Source of the DNA: an uncultured Acidimicrobiia bacterium
Lineage (GTDB): Bacteria > Actinomycetota > Acidimicrobiia > Acidimicrobiales > AC-14
NCBI GenBank assembly: GCA_963836205.1
Contig: CAWIIV010000013.1
Span: 16,087 to 80,086 of the forward strand
Reading direction: 5' to 3'
DNA: 64,000 nucleotides
The notes beneath the pieces are model-generated. The model was not told where the DNA came from, ran no database searches, and was given only the letters and a program-made list of their open reading frames with translations. This document shows, piece by piece, positions 50,330-61,273 of the stretch (within the stretch, counting starts at the first letter, position 1; the number at the start of each line of letters is the position of its first letter). A program made the translations under genes and the position numbers.

Positions 50330-51181
50330 TCAGGACGGGGGCGGTGGCGGGGGGGAGTCGTCCTCGAGCTCGTCCAGGTCGGCGTCGAGCTTGCCTTGGA
50401 CTTTGTTGAGGACGAGGGACAGGATCACCAGGGCCACGCTGACCACGGTGGTGACGACCAGGTTGCGGTCGAAGAAGCGGACCACCGCGTCGACCGGGCT
50501 GGAGATGGCGTCGCTGAAGACGCGGATCATGATCAGCGAGGTGATGGTGCCGGCCACGTTGCAGGCCCCGAACGCCCACGGCCTCATCTTGGTGGCGCCG
50601 GCCAGGGCGCAGACGATCGCCCCCGGGAAGAGGAAGACCATGAGGTAGGACGCCTTCTGGAACCAACCCTCGGTGAGGGTGACGAGGGCCCCGCCGCCGC
50701 CCTTCTTCTCCAGCCAGCGGATGGCCCGGTCGCCGTAGAGCCGGCCCAGGATGTAGAAGAGCGGGTCGCTGAGGCTGCGCCGGAGGAAGCCGACCAGGAA
50801 GAACCACACCGGGTCGACCTCGCGGGCGAGGACGAGCATCCGGTTGCGGGCATCGAGGGTGATGAGCAGGAGCGGGTGGCGGGCGGCGAGGGCAGGGATG
50901 AACGCGGAGGCGATGGTGCCCGCCGTCGACAGGATGACGATGGGCGTGACCAGCAGGATCAGCGTGCGGCGCGACGGCTTCGGCAGCTCGTCGTCGGCCC
51001 CGCCCACGGCAACGACGACGCCGGCCGGCTCGGCGTCGCCGCCGGCCCCGACCTCGGCCGCACCGGGCTCTTCGGCGTCGGCGGTCGTGGCGCGGGCCTC
51101 GTGGGACCCGCCGCCGCCCGCCTCGACGCCAGCGTCTACTGGCATCGACGCCGGCTCGTCGGCCTGCGGGGCGTCGTCCAC
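50330..51181 (-). CDS. DedA/VTT-like membrane protein
   Basis: SDPLFYILGRLYG, ALAGATKM. Confidence 0.65.
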   Translation of the reverse strand: MDDAPQADEPASMPVDAGVEAGGGGSHEARATTADAEEPGAAEVGAGGDAEPAGVVVAVGGADDELPKPSRRTLILLVTPIVILSTAGTIASAFIPALAARHPLLLITLDARNRMLVLAREVDPVWFFLVGFLRRSLSDPLFYILGRLYGDRAIRWLEKKGGGGALVTLTEGWFQKASYLMVFLFPGAIVCALAGATKMRPWAFGACNVAGTITSLIMIRVFSDAISSPVDAVVRFFDRNLVVTTVVSVALVILSLVLNKVQGKLDADLDELEDDSPPPPPPS

Positions 51182-51190
51182 CCCCTGACG

Positions 51191-52290
51191 CTACGCGGTC
51201 GGGGGACGGGCCATGGCGCAGGCGGCGGCCATGTGGTCCACCAGCTCGGCGTACGGCGTGGCCGCGTTGAGGCCACTGGTCGAGGGCATGACGTAGGCGG
51301 GCACACCGGCGAACGGCTCGTCCTGGAGACCCGGACGGGCCCGGCGGTCGACGGCCGCCCTCCACCCGGCCAGCCCGACGAACAGGACCAGGCGGGGACG
51401 GAGCCAGCCCACCAGCCCCCGCACCCGTTCCGCCCCGGATCGGTACTCGTCCCGGTGCAGCTCGGCGGCCGCCGCAGTCGCCCGCTTGACCAGGTCGGTC
51501 ATGCCCACCCCGTCCACCAGGAGCGCCCGGAGGGGATCCTTCACCCCGGACACCAGGCCCGACTCCAGGGCCGCCCGCCAGAACCGGTTGGTGGGCCCGG
51601 CGAAGCCGAGGCCGGCGTCGGCTGCGACCACGCTCGGGTTGGGGCCGCAGACGAGCACGTCCATCCCGGGACCAACGGTGTCGGCGAGGGTGCGGGCTCG
51701 GCGGGCGTCGACCCACACGCTCTCGCCCTCCAGCGAGACCTGCTCCACGTCGAAGCCGGCCCCCGCTACGACCGCCGCCACCTCGTCCGCCTGCCAGCGG
51801 GCGAAGAAGCGGCCGGGCAGGTCCTCGTCCTCCTCGGGTCCGACGACGCCCTCACCGTCGCCCCGCCACAGGCTCATGACGAGGGGCGCGCCCACGTCCA
51901 TGGCCCAGTGGAGGCGGGCCAGGGCCAGGGGCAGATCGCATTTGGGCAGGTGAAGGTGGCTGTGGCGCGACCAGGCCCCGCCGAGGGAGCGGCTCCGGAT
52001 GGGGAGGGCCCGCAGGTCGGCGCGGACGAGGTGCCGAGCGCCGGCGTCCCGCGCCCGGGTCAGCATGGCCGGCGACAGGTCGAGAGCCACCGAGTCGGCG
52101 CCCAGCTGCGGCGTATAGCTCCCGGGCCCGCTACCGGCGTCGAGCACCAGCCGTCCGGGGAGAGCCCGGGCCACGAGGGCCGAGGCCCGGGCCTGGTGAC
52201 GGGGTTGGCGCAGCCGGTGGTAGTCGTCCGCCCGCCGTTCGTAGACCTCGAGGGTGGCGGTGGCGGCAGGCGTCAGGTCGGTCGTGAGCC
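51191..52290 (-). CDS. SAM methyltransferase fused to Mug/TDG-family DNA glycosylase (start uncertain)
   Basis: VLDAGSGPG, LDLSPAML; then VCGPNPS, NRFW, TDLVKR, MPSTSGLNA. Confidence 0.8.
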
Positions 52291-52953
52291 CACCTCGTCG
52301 GCCCGGGCCACGACCGCCGGGGGGACCCGGGCGGCGGCTGCCGCCAGCGAGGCCGGACCGCGGGTGGCCACGCCCGCACCGAAGGGCAGCGCGGCCCGGG
52401 CCGCCCGGGTGAGCCACGACAGCACCAGCGGACCGTGGCGGGCGTCGGTTCCGGTGTCGACGGTGGCCCCCGTCGCCAGTTGCACCGCCGCTCGCCGCAC
52501 CCGCTCGGGGTCGGGTTCCATCCCCGCGGCCCGGGTGCGATGGACCAGGAGGGAGGCGATCATGCCGATCTCATCGACCCCACGGGTGACCGACGTGTAC
52601 AGAGCGGGTCCGGCGGCGGCGACGACCCACATCGGTGTCCGCTTGGCGAGGAACTTCAGCTTCCCGAACCGCTTGACCACCTTGGCCGCCACCGCGGTGG
52701 CGGTCGCCGATGCGGGGCCGAAGGCCGGGGAGTCCGGGGCCTCCGCCAACGACCGGGCCAGCGCCTTCTCGTCGGTCAGGGGCCGGGGGTCGGCCACCGC
52801 CGCTTCCGCCGCCCGCCGGGTGAGGGCTTGCATGGGGGCGTCGACCGCCTTGATCAGTCCCGACGCGGTCAGGCTGCCGACCTTGTCCAGGGCGCCCGTC
52901 AGTGCCCCCACCACCGCTTCGACGTCGACGCGGTCTCGGATCGACACGGTCAT
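52273..52953 (-). CDS. Hypothetical protein
   Basis: Stop/start overlaps with neighbours, GC3-biased codons. Confidence 0.6.
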   Translation of the reverse strand: MTVSIRDRVDVEAVVGALTGALDKVGSLTASGLIKAVDAPMQALTRRAAEAAVADPRPLTDEKALARSLAEAPDSPAFGPASATATAVAAKVVKRFGKLKFLAKRTPMWVVAAAGPALYTSVTRGVDEIGMIASLLVHRTRAAGMEPDPERVRRAAVQLATGATVDTGTDARHGPLVLSWLTRAARAALPFGAGVATRGPASLAAAAARVPPAVVARADEVGSRPT

Positions 52954-53564
52954 GTCCCGCCCCCTACCCCGGTCGATCCCCGGTCACGCTGGGGGAGGAG
53001 GTAGAGGAGGGCCAACGCCCCGTGGATGGCCAGGCTCAGGGGCACGCTCCAGACGGCGGCCAGGGTGGCGGCCAGGTAGCTGGGCACGCCGAAGCGGTAG
53101 CGCCGGGTCACGACGGCCGCGGCCGCCTCCGACCCAGGCCGGATGAGCCGGTTCCCGGTGGCCGCGATACGCCACATGAGGTTGAAGAAGGCCGCCGTCA
53201 CCACGAACGACGCGCTGTAGAACACGGCCGCCGCCGTCTGGTCGGAGCCCGCGTGGCGCAGCTCCTCGGCCAGGATCTTGGTCGGGAACGGCACGAACGA
53301 GATGCTGAGGAGCAGGAGGAGGTTGGCGACCACCAGGCCGTGGGTGGTGCGCTCGATCATGTGGAAGTTGGCGTGGTGGTTGGCCCACATGATGCCGATG
53401 ATGAGGAAGCTGAGCACGAAGGCGACGTAGCCGGGCCAGGCGTCCGACAAGCGGTGGGACAGCGACTCCCCGTTCGCCGCCGGCAGGCGCACCTCGAGGA
53501 TGAGGAGGGTGATGGCGATGGCGAACACGCCGTCGCTGAACGCCTCCAGCCTGGTGGTCTCCAT
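52950..53564 (-). CDS. TMEM175-family K+ channel
   Basis: RLEAFSDGVFAIAITLL signature; TACCGT-N7-ATG. Confidence 0.92.
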   Translation of the reverse strand: METTRLEAFSDGVFAIAITLLILEVRLPAANGESLSHRLSDAWPGYVAFVLSFLIIGIMWANHHANFHMIERTTHGLVVANLLLLLSISFVPFPTKILAEELRHAGSDQTAAAVFYSASFVVTAAFFNLMWRIAATGNRLIRPGSEAAAAVVTRRYRFGVPSYLAATLAAVWSVPLSLAIHGALALLYLLPQRDRGSTGVGGGT

Positions 53565-53630
53565 GCCGGCAACGGTACGGGGCGCGACGATGTGCAGTGG
53601 GAAGGAATGGTTGGGGGGAAGGGGGCACGC

Positions 53631-54254
53631 ATGGCCAAGGGGCGATCGATCCACAACCCGGTGACGGGCGAGACCTACGTGGAGGTGACCAGGGGCTCGG
53701 CCACGGGCGGGGCCTACGTCGAGGGCAGGGGATACCTGCCCGTGGGCACCCGGCCGCCGGGGGTACATCGTCACCCCAACCAGGACGAGCTCGTCACCGT
53801 GGTCAAGGGCCGCATTCGGGCCGCGATCGGCAAGGAGGAACGGGAGTTCGGCCCGGGGGAGTCGGCGGTGCTGCCCCGGGGGCTGTGGCACGACTTCTGG
53901 GTGGTCGGCGACGAGCCCGCGGAGACCATCGCCCGGGCCACCCCGGCCCTGGGCATCGAGATGATCCTGGCCACCCTCTGCGGCCTGGCCGTCGAGGGCA
54001 AGACCGACAAGAAGGGTCGGCCGCGGCCGCTCCAGGGGGCGGTGACCGGCCAGTTCTACCGGGAGGTCGCCGAGTTCAAGACCCCGCCGCCGGCGGTGCA
54101 GCACGTGCTGCTGCCCGTACTGGCCGCTATCGGGAAGCGCCGCGGCTGCCGGCCCTACTACGACCGCCACTTCGAGCCGGGCGAGGTGGAGGAGATCCTC
54201 ACCCACTGGGCGGCCCACCGACCGTGGGACGGCAACCGGCGCCCGGCGTTCTGA
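53631..54254 (+). CDS. Cupin-domain protein
   Basis: HRHPNQDE...PRGLWHDF. Confidence 0.85.
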   Translation: MAKGRSIHNPVTGETYVEVTRGSATGGAYVEGRGYLPVGTRPPGVHRHPNQDELVTVVKGRIRAAIGKEEREFGPGESAVLPRGLWHDFWVVGDEPAETIARATPALGIEMILATLCGLAVEGKTDKKGRPRPLQGAVTGQFYREVAEFKTPPPAVQHVLLPVLAAIGKRRGCRPYYDRHFEPGEVEEILTHWAAHRPWDGNRRPAF

Positions 54255-54351
54255 GCGTTGACCTGACGGTAGAGAGACCGCCGCCCCGTCAGAGGCGAAA
54301 CCTCAACGGTTCGCACTAGCTTCCGGACTGACCTCGAGAAGGGGGCGGTGG

Positions 54352-56563
54352 ATGGCCGAGGCACGGAGGGCGGCGGTGCCCGACAGCCAGGTGTGCGCGG
54401 CTGCCGGCAAACCCGGGACGTCGGGCATCTGCCTCTCGGGTGGCGGCATCCGGGCGGCCGCCTACGGGCTCGGCGCGCTCCAGTCGATGCAGGAGAACGG
54501 CATCCTCACCGGACCGGGGAAGGCCGACTACCTGGCCGCCGTCTCCGGGGGGTCGTACATCGCCACCGCCGTCACCATGGTGGCCCGGGGCGGACTGCCG
54601 GGCGAGCCCGGGTGCGAGTCGGCGGTGGCGGCCGACGATCCCTTCGCCCGGGGCACACCCGAGGAGCAGTTCCTCCGCGACCACACCACCTACCTGGTGC
54701 ACGGCCCCGGCGGCCGCCTGGTCTACGCGGGGCGCCTCGTCGGCGGCATCCTGCTCAACATCCTGTTCCTCGCCCTCCTCCTGCACCTCGTCTTCCGCCC
54801 CGCGGGCTGGATCTACGGAGCGGTGTTCCCCAGCCTGCGCCGACACGCGGGCGCCAGCGACGTCAGCATCCACCTCCCGACGCTGGCCTGGCTGCTGCCG
54901 GTCGTGCTGATCGGGCTCGGGCTGTTGGTGGGGCTCGTGCAGATCGCGGTCCGGTGGAACTCGGACGAGGCGCGCCAGCGGACCGTGGTCTGGTGCTCCC
55001 GCCTGCTGAAGACGGGGATCGTGGCTGCCATCGTGGTCGTAGCCATCCCGAACCTCCTCGAGCTCATCCGGGACGTGCTCGCCGACCTGGGCCACGCCGG
55101 CGGCGACTCGGTGACCGAGGCGGAGGCCACCATGCGCTCCACCCAACGACTCGGGGTCGCCGGCGGCGGCGGCCTGGCGGGGGCCGTCGCCACCGCCCTG
55201 TGGGCGTTGCGGGCGCGGGCGACCTCGGCGTCGACGGTGGAGGGTGCCGGGCGGTGGCTGGCCAAGAAGGGCCGGGCCCTCGCCCTGCGGTTCCGGGTCT
55301 ACCTCCAGAACCTGCTGGCCACCGTGTTCGGGCCCCTCCTGCTCCTCTCACTGGCCGTGTTCCTCGTCAACCTGGGGGCAGCCGACACCGTCGCCACCTC
55401 CGCCAACCGGGCCTCCGAGATCGCCTGGGTCGCGGCCCTGGCCCTGCTCCTGGCCGTCATGTACTACTTCTCCGACCTGGTGTCGTGGTCGATCCAGCCG
55501 TTGTACAAGCGCCGGCTGTCGGCCTCGTTCGCCCTGCGCCGGATGCGGGACGCCGACGGCACGGTCCGGGCCGAGGCGAGGCCGTTCTCGGCCCTGTACA
55601 AGCTGTCCGACTCCCAGCCGCCCCACCTGCCGAAGTTCCTCGATCTGCGCCGCGGTCAACGTTTCCGACTACGGTGCCACCGCCACCGGGTCGAACGTGG
55701 GCGGGTTCGTGTTCGGGGCGGAGGAGATCGGGGGCCCGGTCACCGACACCATGCCGACCGCCGACTACGAGGCCGCCGTCGGCCGGCGGGCCCGCGACTT
55801 CACCCTCCCCTCGGCCATGAGCATCAGCGGCGCCGCCATCTCCCCGTCGATGGGAAAGATGACTCGCCCCCCGCTCCGCTTCCTCCTCGCCCTGCTCAAC
55901 GTGCGCCTCGGCGTCTGGATCCCCAACCCCCGGCGAATCCTGAAGGCGGAGGACATCGGCGATCGCTTCGACTCCAACCTGGCCGACGACGGGAAGCAGA
56001 AGGTGGTCCGCATCAGCCCCCGCCCCGGCTACCTGGTGCGGGAGCTGTTCGGCAAGAACCATCTCGACGCCCGCTTCGTCTACGTCAGCGACGGCGGCCA
56101 CTACGAGAACCTGGGCCTGGTCGAGCTGTTGCGGCGGGGGTGCACGACCATCTGGTCCGTCGACGCGTCGGGGGAGTCGATCGACACGTTCGGCACCATC
56201 GCCGACGCCGTCGCCATCGCCCGGTCGGAGCTGGCCGTCGACATCGACATCGACCCCCGGGTGATGGCTCCCGACCCCAAGGCCACCGGCGACGCGGCCC
56301 GTTTCGTCCGCCGGACGCACGTGGTGTGCCCCATCCGTTACCACGACGGGACCGAGGGCACGCTGGTCCTGGTCAAGGCGGGTGTGCCCGAGGACGCGCC
56401 GGTCGACGTGCTCCAGGCCCATCGGCGGTGGAAGTCGTTCCCGTGCGACCCGACGTCGAACCAGCTCTACACCGCCCAACGCTTCGACGCCTACCGCAGC
56501 CTGGGCTACTTCTCCATGGCCCGGGCCCTCGCCGACCCGGCTGCTCCGGCGCGTCCCGCTTAG
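54352..56563 (+). CDS. Patatin-like phospholipase with internal TM bundle, frameshift near 55642
   Basis: SGGGIRAA, AVSGGS, SGAA, SDGGHYENLG. Confidence 0.82.
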
Positions 56564-56564
56564 C

Positions 56565-57077
56565 TCAGGTGGGAGTCCCCGCCTCGGTGTCGGGCTGGTC
56601 GCCGGGTTCGAACATGAGCAGCCAGGCGAGGGTGACGCCGAGGAACACGAGGAGGGACAGAAGGATGGCCTCCAGCCGCAGCGGGTGGATCGTGATGCCC
56701 AGGTCGTCGAGGGAGTCGGGGAGGAGGGCGACGGCCGCGATCACGGCGTAGAGGCCGACCGAAATCCAGTGGATGAGGCCCACGATCGGACCGCCCCGGT
56801 GCGACGACGGGCCCCGGTTGACGACGGTAAGGCCCACGGCCCCCAGGGTGCCGGCGACGACGAAGGTGAACCGCCACAGGCTCGCGTCCTGGGGGTCGAC
56901 GAGCGAGAGGAGGCTCATCAGCCCCGGGAACGCGAAGTGGAGCGAGACCGCCGACGCCCGCCGCCGGTGCTCGGGGCTCGACATCCAGTCCGCGTAGCGG
57001 GTCTGGGCCACCACGAACCACAGCCCGAGGATGGTGAAACTGATCGAGGCGAACGAGCCGTAGAAGTCGGTCAGCAC
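56565..57077 (-). CDS. Hypothetical membrane protein
   Basis: About five TM helices, FTILGLWFVV. Confidence 0.65.
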   Translation of the reverse strand: MLTDFYGSFASISFTILGLWFVVAQTRYADWMSSPEHRRRASAVSLHFAFPGLMSLLSLVDPQDASLWRFTFVVAGTLGAVGLTVVNRGPSSHRGGPIVGLIHWISVGLYAVIAAVALLPDSLDDLGITIHPLRLEAILLSLLVFLGVTLAWLLMFEPGDQPDTEAGTPT

Positions 57078-57365
57078 ACCGCCAAGCCTTTCACGGCACC
57101 GGGTTCCGGTCCTTCAGCACGGACATGAGTGTTGCCCCTTCCTCACCACCCTCGTGCCAGACGCGGAGGGTGCGGTTGGTGGAGACATCGACGATGATGA
57201 GTCGACCGGCGGCCATGTCGGCGTGATTCCCACGGTAACGGCCGCGAGGAGGTTGCCTACGAGGGAACGTACCCATTTACCGGCCGACATCTTCGGCCGG
57301 CGAGATTCGACTCGGAGGCTGGACGCGGCCAGCATGTCGTAATCCGTCACGGGCCAACGGCAAGG

Positions 57366-58019
57366 TCACGGCTGTGCGTCGTGCACGAGAATTGCGATGT
57401 GCACCCGGTTCGTGACTTCGAGCTTGGTGAGAAGGCGCGAGACGTGCGCTTTGACGGTGGCCTCGCTCATGAACAGAGATGCGGCAACCTCGGCGTTGGA
57501 CGCACCGGAGCCCACCGCAGTCGCCACCTCACGCTCCCGGTCAGTGAGCGACGTCAGGCGCTGGGCCGCGTTTCGTCGGCGATCTGAGGCTTCGTCGTGG
57601 CCGAGGTGGGAGAGAAGTGTGCGGGTGACCGACGGGGAGAGCATCGCCTCTCCCGCTGCCACGAGGCGCACGGCGTTGACGATCTCCGTGGGCGCTGTGT
57701 CCTTCAACAGGAACCCATCGGCGCCGGCCCGGAGCGCGCTCATGACCTGCTCGTCGGCCTGGAAGGTGGTCAGGACGATCACGTGCGGTGGGTTCGCGAG
57801 CCGTCGTAGGGCCGACGTGGCGGCAATGCCGTCCATCCCCGGCATTCGGATGTCCATCAGGACGACGTCGGGTCGATGCGCCCGCACAGCCGCGACGGCG
57901 TCGGCGCCGTCGGCCGCCTCGCCCACCACCTCCAGCTCCTGTGACGACGACAGGATCATCCGGAGACCGGCGCGCACCAAGGCGTCGTCGTCGACCAGCA
58001 GCACCCGGACCTTCACCAC
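57366..58019 (-). CDS. NarL/LuxR response regulator
   Basis: VDDD, DIRMPGMDG, LTDRE, SEATVKAHV. Confidence 0.94.
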   Translation of the reverse strand: MVKVRVLLVDDDALVRAGLRMILSSSQELEVVGEAADGADAVAAVRAHRPDVVLMDIRMPGMDGIAATSALRRLANPPHVIVLTTFQADEQVMSALRAGADGFLLKDTAPTEIVNAVRLVAAGEAMLSPSVTRTLLSHLGHDEASDRRRNAAQRLTSLTDREREVATAVGSGASNAEVAASLFMSEATVKAHVSRLLTKLEVTNRVHIAILVHDAQP

Positions 58020-59248
58020 GGCAAGTCAGCCTCGACGACGAAGTCACCGGATGCGTCCGGTCCGTGCACCAGGACGCCATTGGCCAGGGTCACCCGCTCC
58101 TGCAGACCGAGGAGGCCGGTTCCGGAACCCGGCAGAGGCGGACGGGCGTGGGCGCCCAGTGCGCTTGGGTTCCGAACGCTGACGTGCAGCCCGCGGTTCG
58201 GCGCTCCCGCCACCCGCACCCGGGCGTGGGTGCCACGGGCGTGCTTGCCGATGTTGGTGAGGGCCTCCTGCACGATGCGATAGGCGTCACGACCCAAGGG
58301 GCCAGGTGCACCAGCCGCATCGTCCACCTCCACCTCCATCTCGAAGTCGACCTTGGCGCCGGCTCGGCGAGTCTCCTCCACCAGGCGTGGGATGTCCGCC
58401 AACGTCGGTTGCGGCACCGTCGGCGCCCGCTCCTGCCCCTGGTCCTCCCGCAGCACACCGATCACGTCCCGCAGCTCCTCCAGCGCCTGGTGGGCCGTCA
58501 AGCGCAACAGCGCCGCGCTCTCCCGCACCTGGGCGGGAGGCAGGTCGAGTGCGACCTCGAGGGCACCGGCGTGCAGCGCCACCAGGGAGATGCGGTGGGC
58601 GAGCACGTCGTGCATCTCCCGCGCGATGCGGGTTCGCTCAGCCAGGCGCGCACTTTCGGCGCGGACGAGCTGATCGGCCTCGGCACGTTTGGCTCGGTCG
58701 CGCAGGGTGGAGAGGAGCTGACGCCGGGCGCGGACGAACATGCCCCATCCGGTTGCGGCGGCCGCGAGCGCCGCTGTCGGCAGCATCACCGACCAGGTAG
58801 TGGTCCGCCCGAGCCAGATCGAGCACACCACTGCGGACGGAACGAACAGCGCGGCGACGAGCAGGGCGGGCCGGACGTGGCGGTGGACAGCCAGCGAGGA
58901 CAGTGCGAGCAGACCGGCGACCGTTCCCGATGTCGAGAATGCGCCCAACAGCACGCAAACCAGCGCCACCCCGAAGGGCCAGCGGCGCCGCCACCACAGG
59001 GAGAGACAGCTCAGCGCTCCCAACGCGGCGTCGGTGGCCACTCGCCCCGAAGTCATCCGATTGGCGGTGTCGGCCACTGTAACGCTCAGGACGAGGGCGC
59101 CGAGAGCGACGGCGACGACGAACGCAGCGGCGTCGACGGACCAGTCGCGCGCTGTCCTGGGCCCCACAGTGTCGGGACGGGCCGGGTCGCTGGGTGCCAG
59201 TATCGCCGTCGGAGCGGTCTGGGCCCACCATCTGCGTAGCCAGGACAT
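58013..59248 (-). CDS. HisKA_3 sensor histidine kinase
   Basis: ERTRIAREMHDVLAH, QEALTN..KHA, GTGLLGLQER. Confidence 0.93.
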   Translation of the reverse strand: MSWLRRWWAQTAPTAILAPSDPARPDTVGPRTARDWSVDAAAFVVAVALGALVLSVTVADTANRMTSGRVATDAALGALSCLSLWWRRRWPFGVALVCVLLGAFSTSGTVAGLLALSSLAVHRHVRPALLVAALFVPSAVVCSIWLGRTTTWSVMLPTAALAAAATGWGMFVRARRQLLSTLRDRAKRAEADQLVRAESARLAERTRIAREMHDVLAHRISLVALHAGALEVALDLPPAQVRESAALLRLTAHQALEELRDVIGVLREDQGQERAPTVPQPTLADIPRLVEETRRAGAKVDFEMEVEVDDAAGAPGPLGRDAYRIVQEALTNIGKHARGTHARVRVAGAPNRGLHVSVRNPSALGAHARPPLPGSGTGLLGLQERVTLANGVLVHGPDASGDFVVEADLPW

Positions 59249-59408
59249 GACCCGAGCGTAGGGTGCCGGGCGCCCGTGCGACATCGACGAAAGTCGACGT
59301 TGCAACCAACGAAAGGCGAGAAGTCCGTGGCGGTCGACGTCCTTTCGGACATCGGATCGTGGCCGTCCTCCCGATGCGCCGGCGCCTCGGGAGGCTCAGG
59401 CTGGCCAC

Positions 59409-60326
59409 ATGATCACGACAACCGCTCTCACCAAGAGGTACAACAAGGTTCCGGTCGTTCGCGACGTCTCGCTGCGCTGCGAACCCGGGACCATAACCGG
59501 GTTCCTCGGGGCCAACGGCGCCGGGAAGTCCACCACGCTGAAGATGATCGTCGGGCTTGTGCGACCCGATCGCGGAACGGCGACCATCGACGGCCGACCG
59601 TTCGTCGAGCTGCCCAACCCGACCCGCGTGGTCGGGACGCTGCTCGACCCGTCTGCGATGCATCCCGGGCGCAGCGGCCGGGCCACGCTCACCATCGCGG
59701 CGCGGCTGGCAGACGTCGACACCAGGCGGGTCGAGTACCTGTTGGACCTCGTCGGGATCGCCGATGCCGCGGAGAAGCGCGTGGGGACCTACTCACTGGG
59801 CATGCGCCAGCGCCTCGGCGTGGCCCAGGCCCTCGTCGGTGAACCGGCGGCGCTGATCCTCGACGAACCGGCGAACGGGCTCGATCCCGAGGGCATCGCC
59901 TGGATGCGAACGCTCCTGTGCGACTTCGCAGACCGGGGCGGCACGGTGCTGCTTTCGAGTCACCTCCTGCATGAGGTGCAGGCCACCGCCGATCACCTCG
60001 TCGTCATCTCCGACGGTGCGGTGGTGGCCGCCGGTCGGCTGGACGAGCTGCTTGCCAGCTCCACCATCCTCGTGCGCAGTCCCGACCCCGACGCGCTGGC
60101 CGCCGCACTTCGTGCGGCGCGGATCGACTACGTCGCAGGCCCGGATGACGTGCTCGCCGTGGACGCCTCCGGTGGTCGGGTCACGACCGAGGTGGTGGCG
60201 GGCGTCGCCCGCGACCACCAGGTGCTGCTCACCGAGCTGCGTCGATCCGAGACAGACGGGCTGGAGCAACTGTTCTTCTCTCTCACCGCCGCCAAGGCGG
60301 CCACCGCCCAGGAGGCTGCAGCATGA
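59409..60326 (+). CDS. ABC exporter ATPase
   Basis: GANGAGKST, YSLGMRQR, DEPANGLD. Confidence 0.92.
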   Translation: MITTTALTKRYNKVPVVRDVSLRCEPGTITGFLGANGAGKSTTLKMIVGLVRPDRGTATIDGRPFVELPNPTRVVGTLLDPSAMHPGRSGRATLTIAARLADVDTRRVEYLLDLVGIADAAEKRVGTYSLGMRQRLGVAQALVGEPAALILDEPANGLDPEGIAWMRTLLCDFADRGGTVLLSSHLLHEVQATADHLVVISDGAVVAAGRLDELLASSTILVRSPDPDALAAALRAARIDYVAGPDDVLAVDASGGRVTTEVVAGVARDHQVLLTELRRSETDGLEQLFFSLTAAKAATAQEAAA

Positions 60327-61105
60327 CCATGACCATCCCCCCCCGCACGTACGGCGCCGAGACGGCACTGTCGTCGGGCCTCCGGCCCATCCCGTTCCCA
60401 CGGCTTGTTCGGGCGGAGTGGGCCAAGGCCACCGATACCCGCGCCGCCCGCTGGCTCCTCGCACTTGTGGCACTGTCGACCGCCGGGATGATGCTGGCGC
60501 CGGTCCTCGCCCCCACGAGCTTCGACCAGACCCACACGAGCTACCTCCGCGTCGCCGCCCTCGCACTGTCCATCCTGCTGCCAGTGGTGGCGATCCTGAT
60601 GCTCACCGGTGAATGGAGCCAGCGCAGCGTTTTCACCACCTTCACCCAGGAACCGCGGCGCATCCGCGTCGTCAACGCCAAGCTGGCGGCGTCGCTGCTG
60701 CTGGGTGGTGGTGCGGCGGTCTTCGGCGGGGCGCTCACCGCCGCCGGCCTCGGGCTGGCGTCGGCTTCGGGGCGAGCCCTGGAGGCGGACCTGACCGCTG
60801 GCGCCATCATCGGGTACCTGCTCTTCGTGCTCCTCAATGTCCTCGCCGGCGTGGCGCTCGGGGCGCTGCTGCAGAGCTCGGCGACTGCGATCGCCGCCTC
60901 CTTCGCCGTTCCCGCGGCGTTCGCCCTGCTCGGCGCCGCATCGAAGCTGGTGGCTGAGTGGATCGACATGTCCACAACGTGGAACTGGGTGCTCGAGAAC
61001 GAATGGGGAGGTCACGTTCCGCAGATCACGGTCTCGGTCCTCTTCTGGGTGGCGGTCCCGCTGGCCGCCGGCGTGGTCCGGACCATGCGTCGCGACGTCA
61101 CGTAG
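60323..61105 (+). CDS. ABC-2 type permease
   Basis: RAEWAK, GEWSQR, RRDV terminus. Confidence 0.85.
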   Translation: MTMTIPPRTYGAETALSSGLRPIPFPRLVRAEWAKATDTRAARWLLALVALSTAGMMLAPVLAPTSFDQTHTSYLRVAALALSILLPVVAILMLTGEWSQRSVFTTFTQEPRRIRVVNAKLAASLLLGGGAAVFGGALTAAGLGLASASGRALEADLTAGAIIGYLLFVLLNVLAGVALGALLQSSATAIAASFAVPAAFALLGAASKLVAEWIDMSTTWNWVLENEWGGHVPQITVSVLFWVAVPLAAGVVRTMRRDVT

Positions 61106-61273
61106 CTGGCTCGACCGGGGCCCGCCTGACAGGAGATGTGCCGGCGGGCCTGGGCGTCAAGGCGGCCCCCCGGCCCAACAGCGGGAGCAGCTCGAAGCGA
61201 CGCCGGCGAAGTCTCGGTAGGTGACCAGGCCGCGGGTTCCGATGGGGACGTTGCGAGCGACGACAATGGCCCC

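Noticed and set aside
49001-53146. Long antisense ORFs (e.g. 1381 aa here, 996 aa opposite pnp)
   Set aside because: Shadow ORFs of high-GC genes on the opposite strand, with no domain motifs.
57114-57350. 78-aa ORF at the island edge
   Set aside because: Short and without recognisable motifs; possibly a gene fragment, but not supportable.
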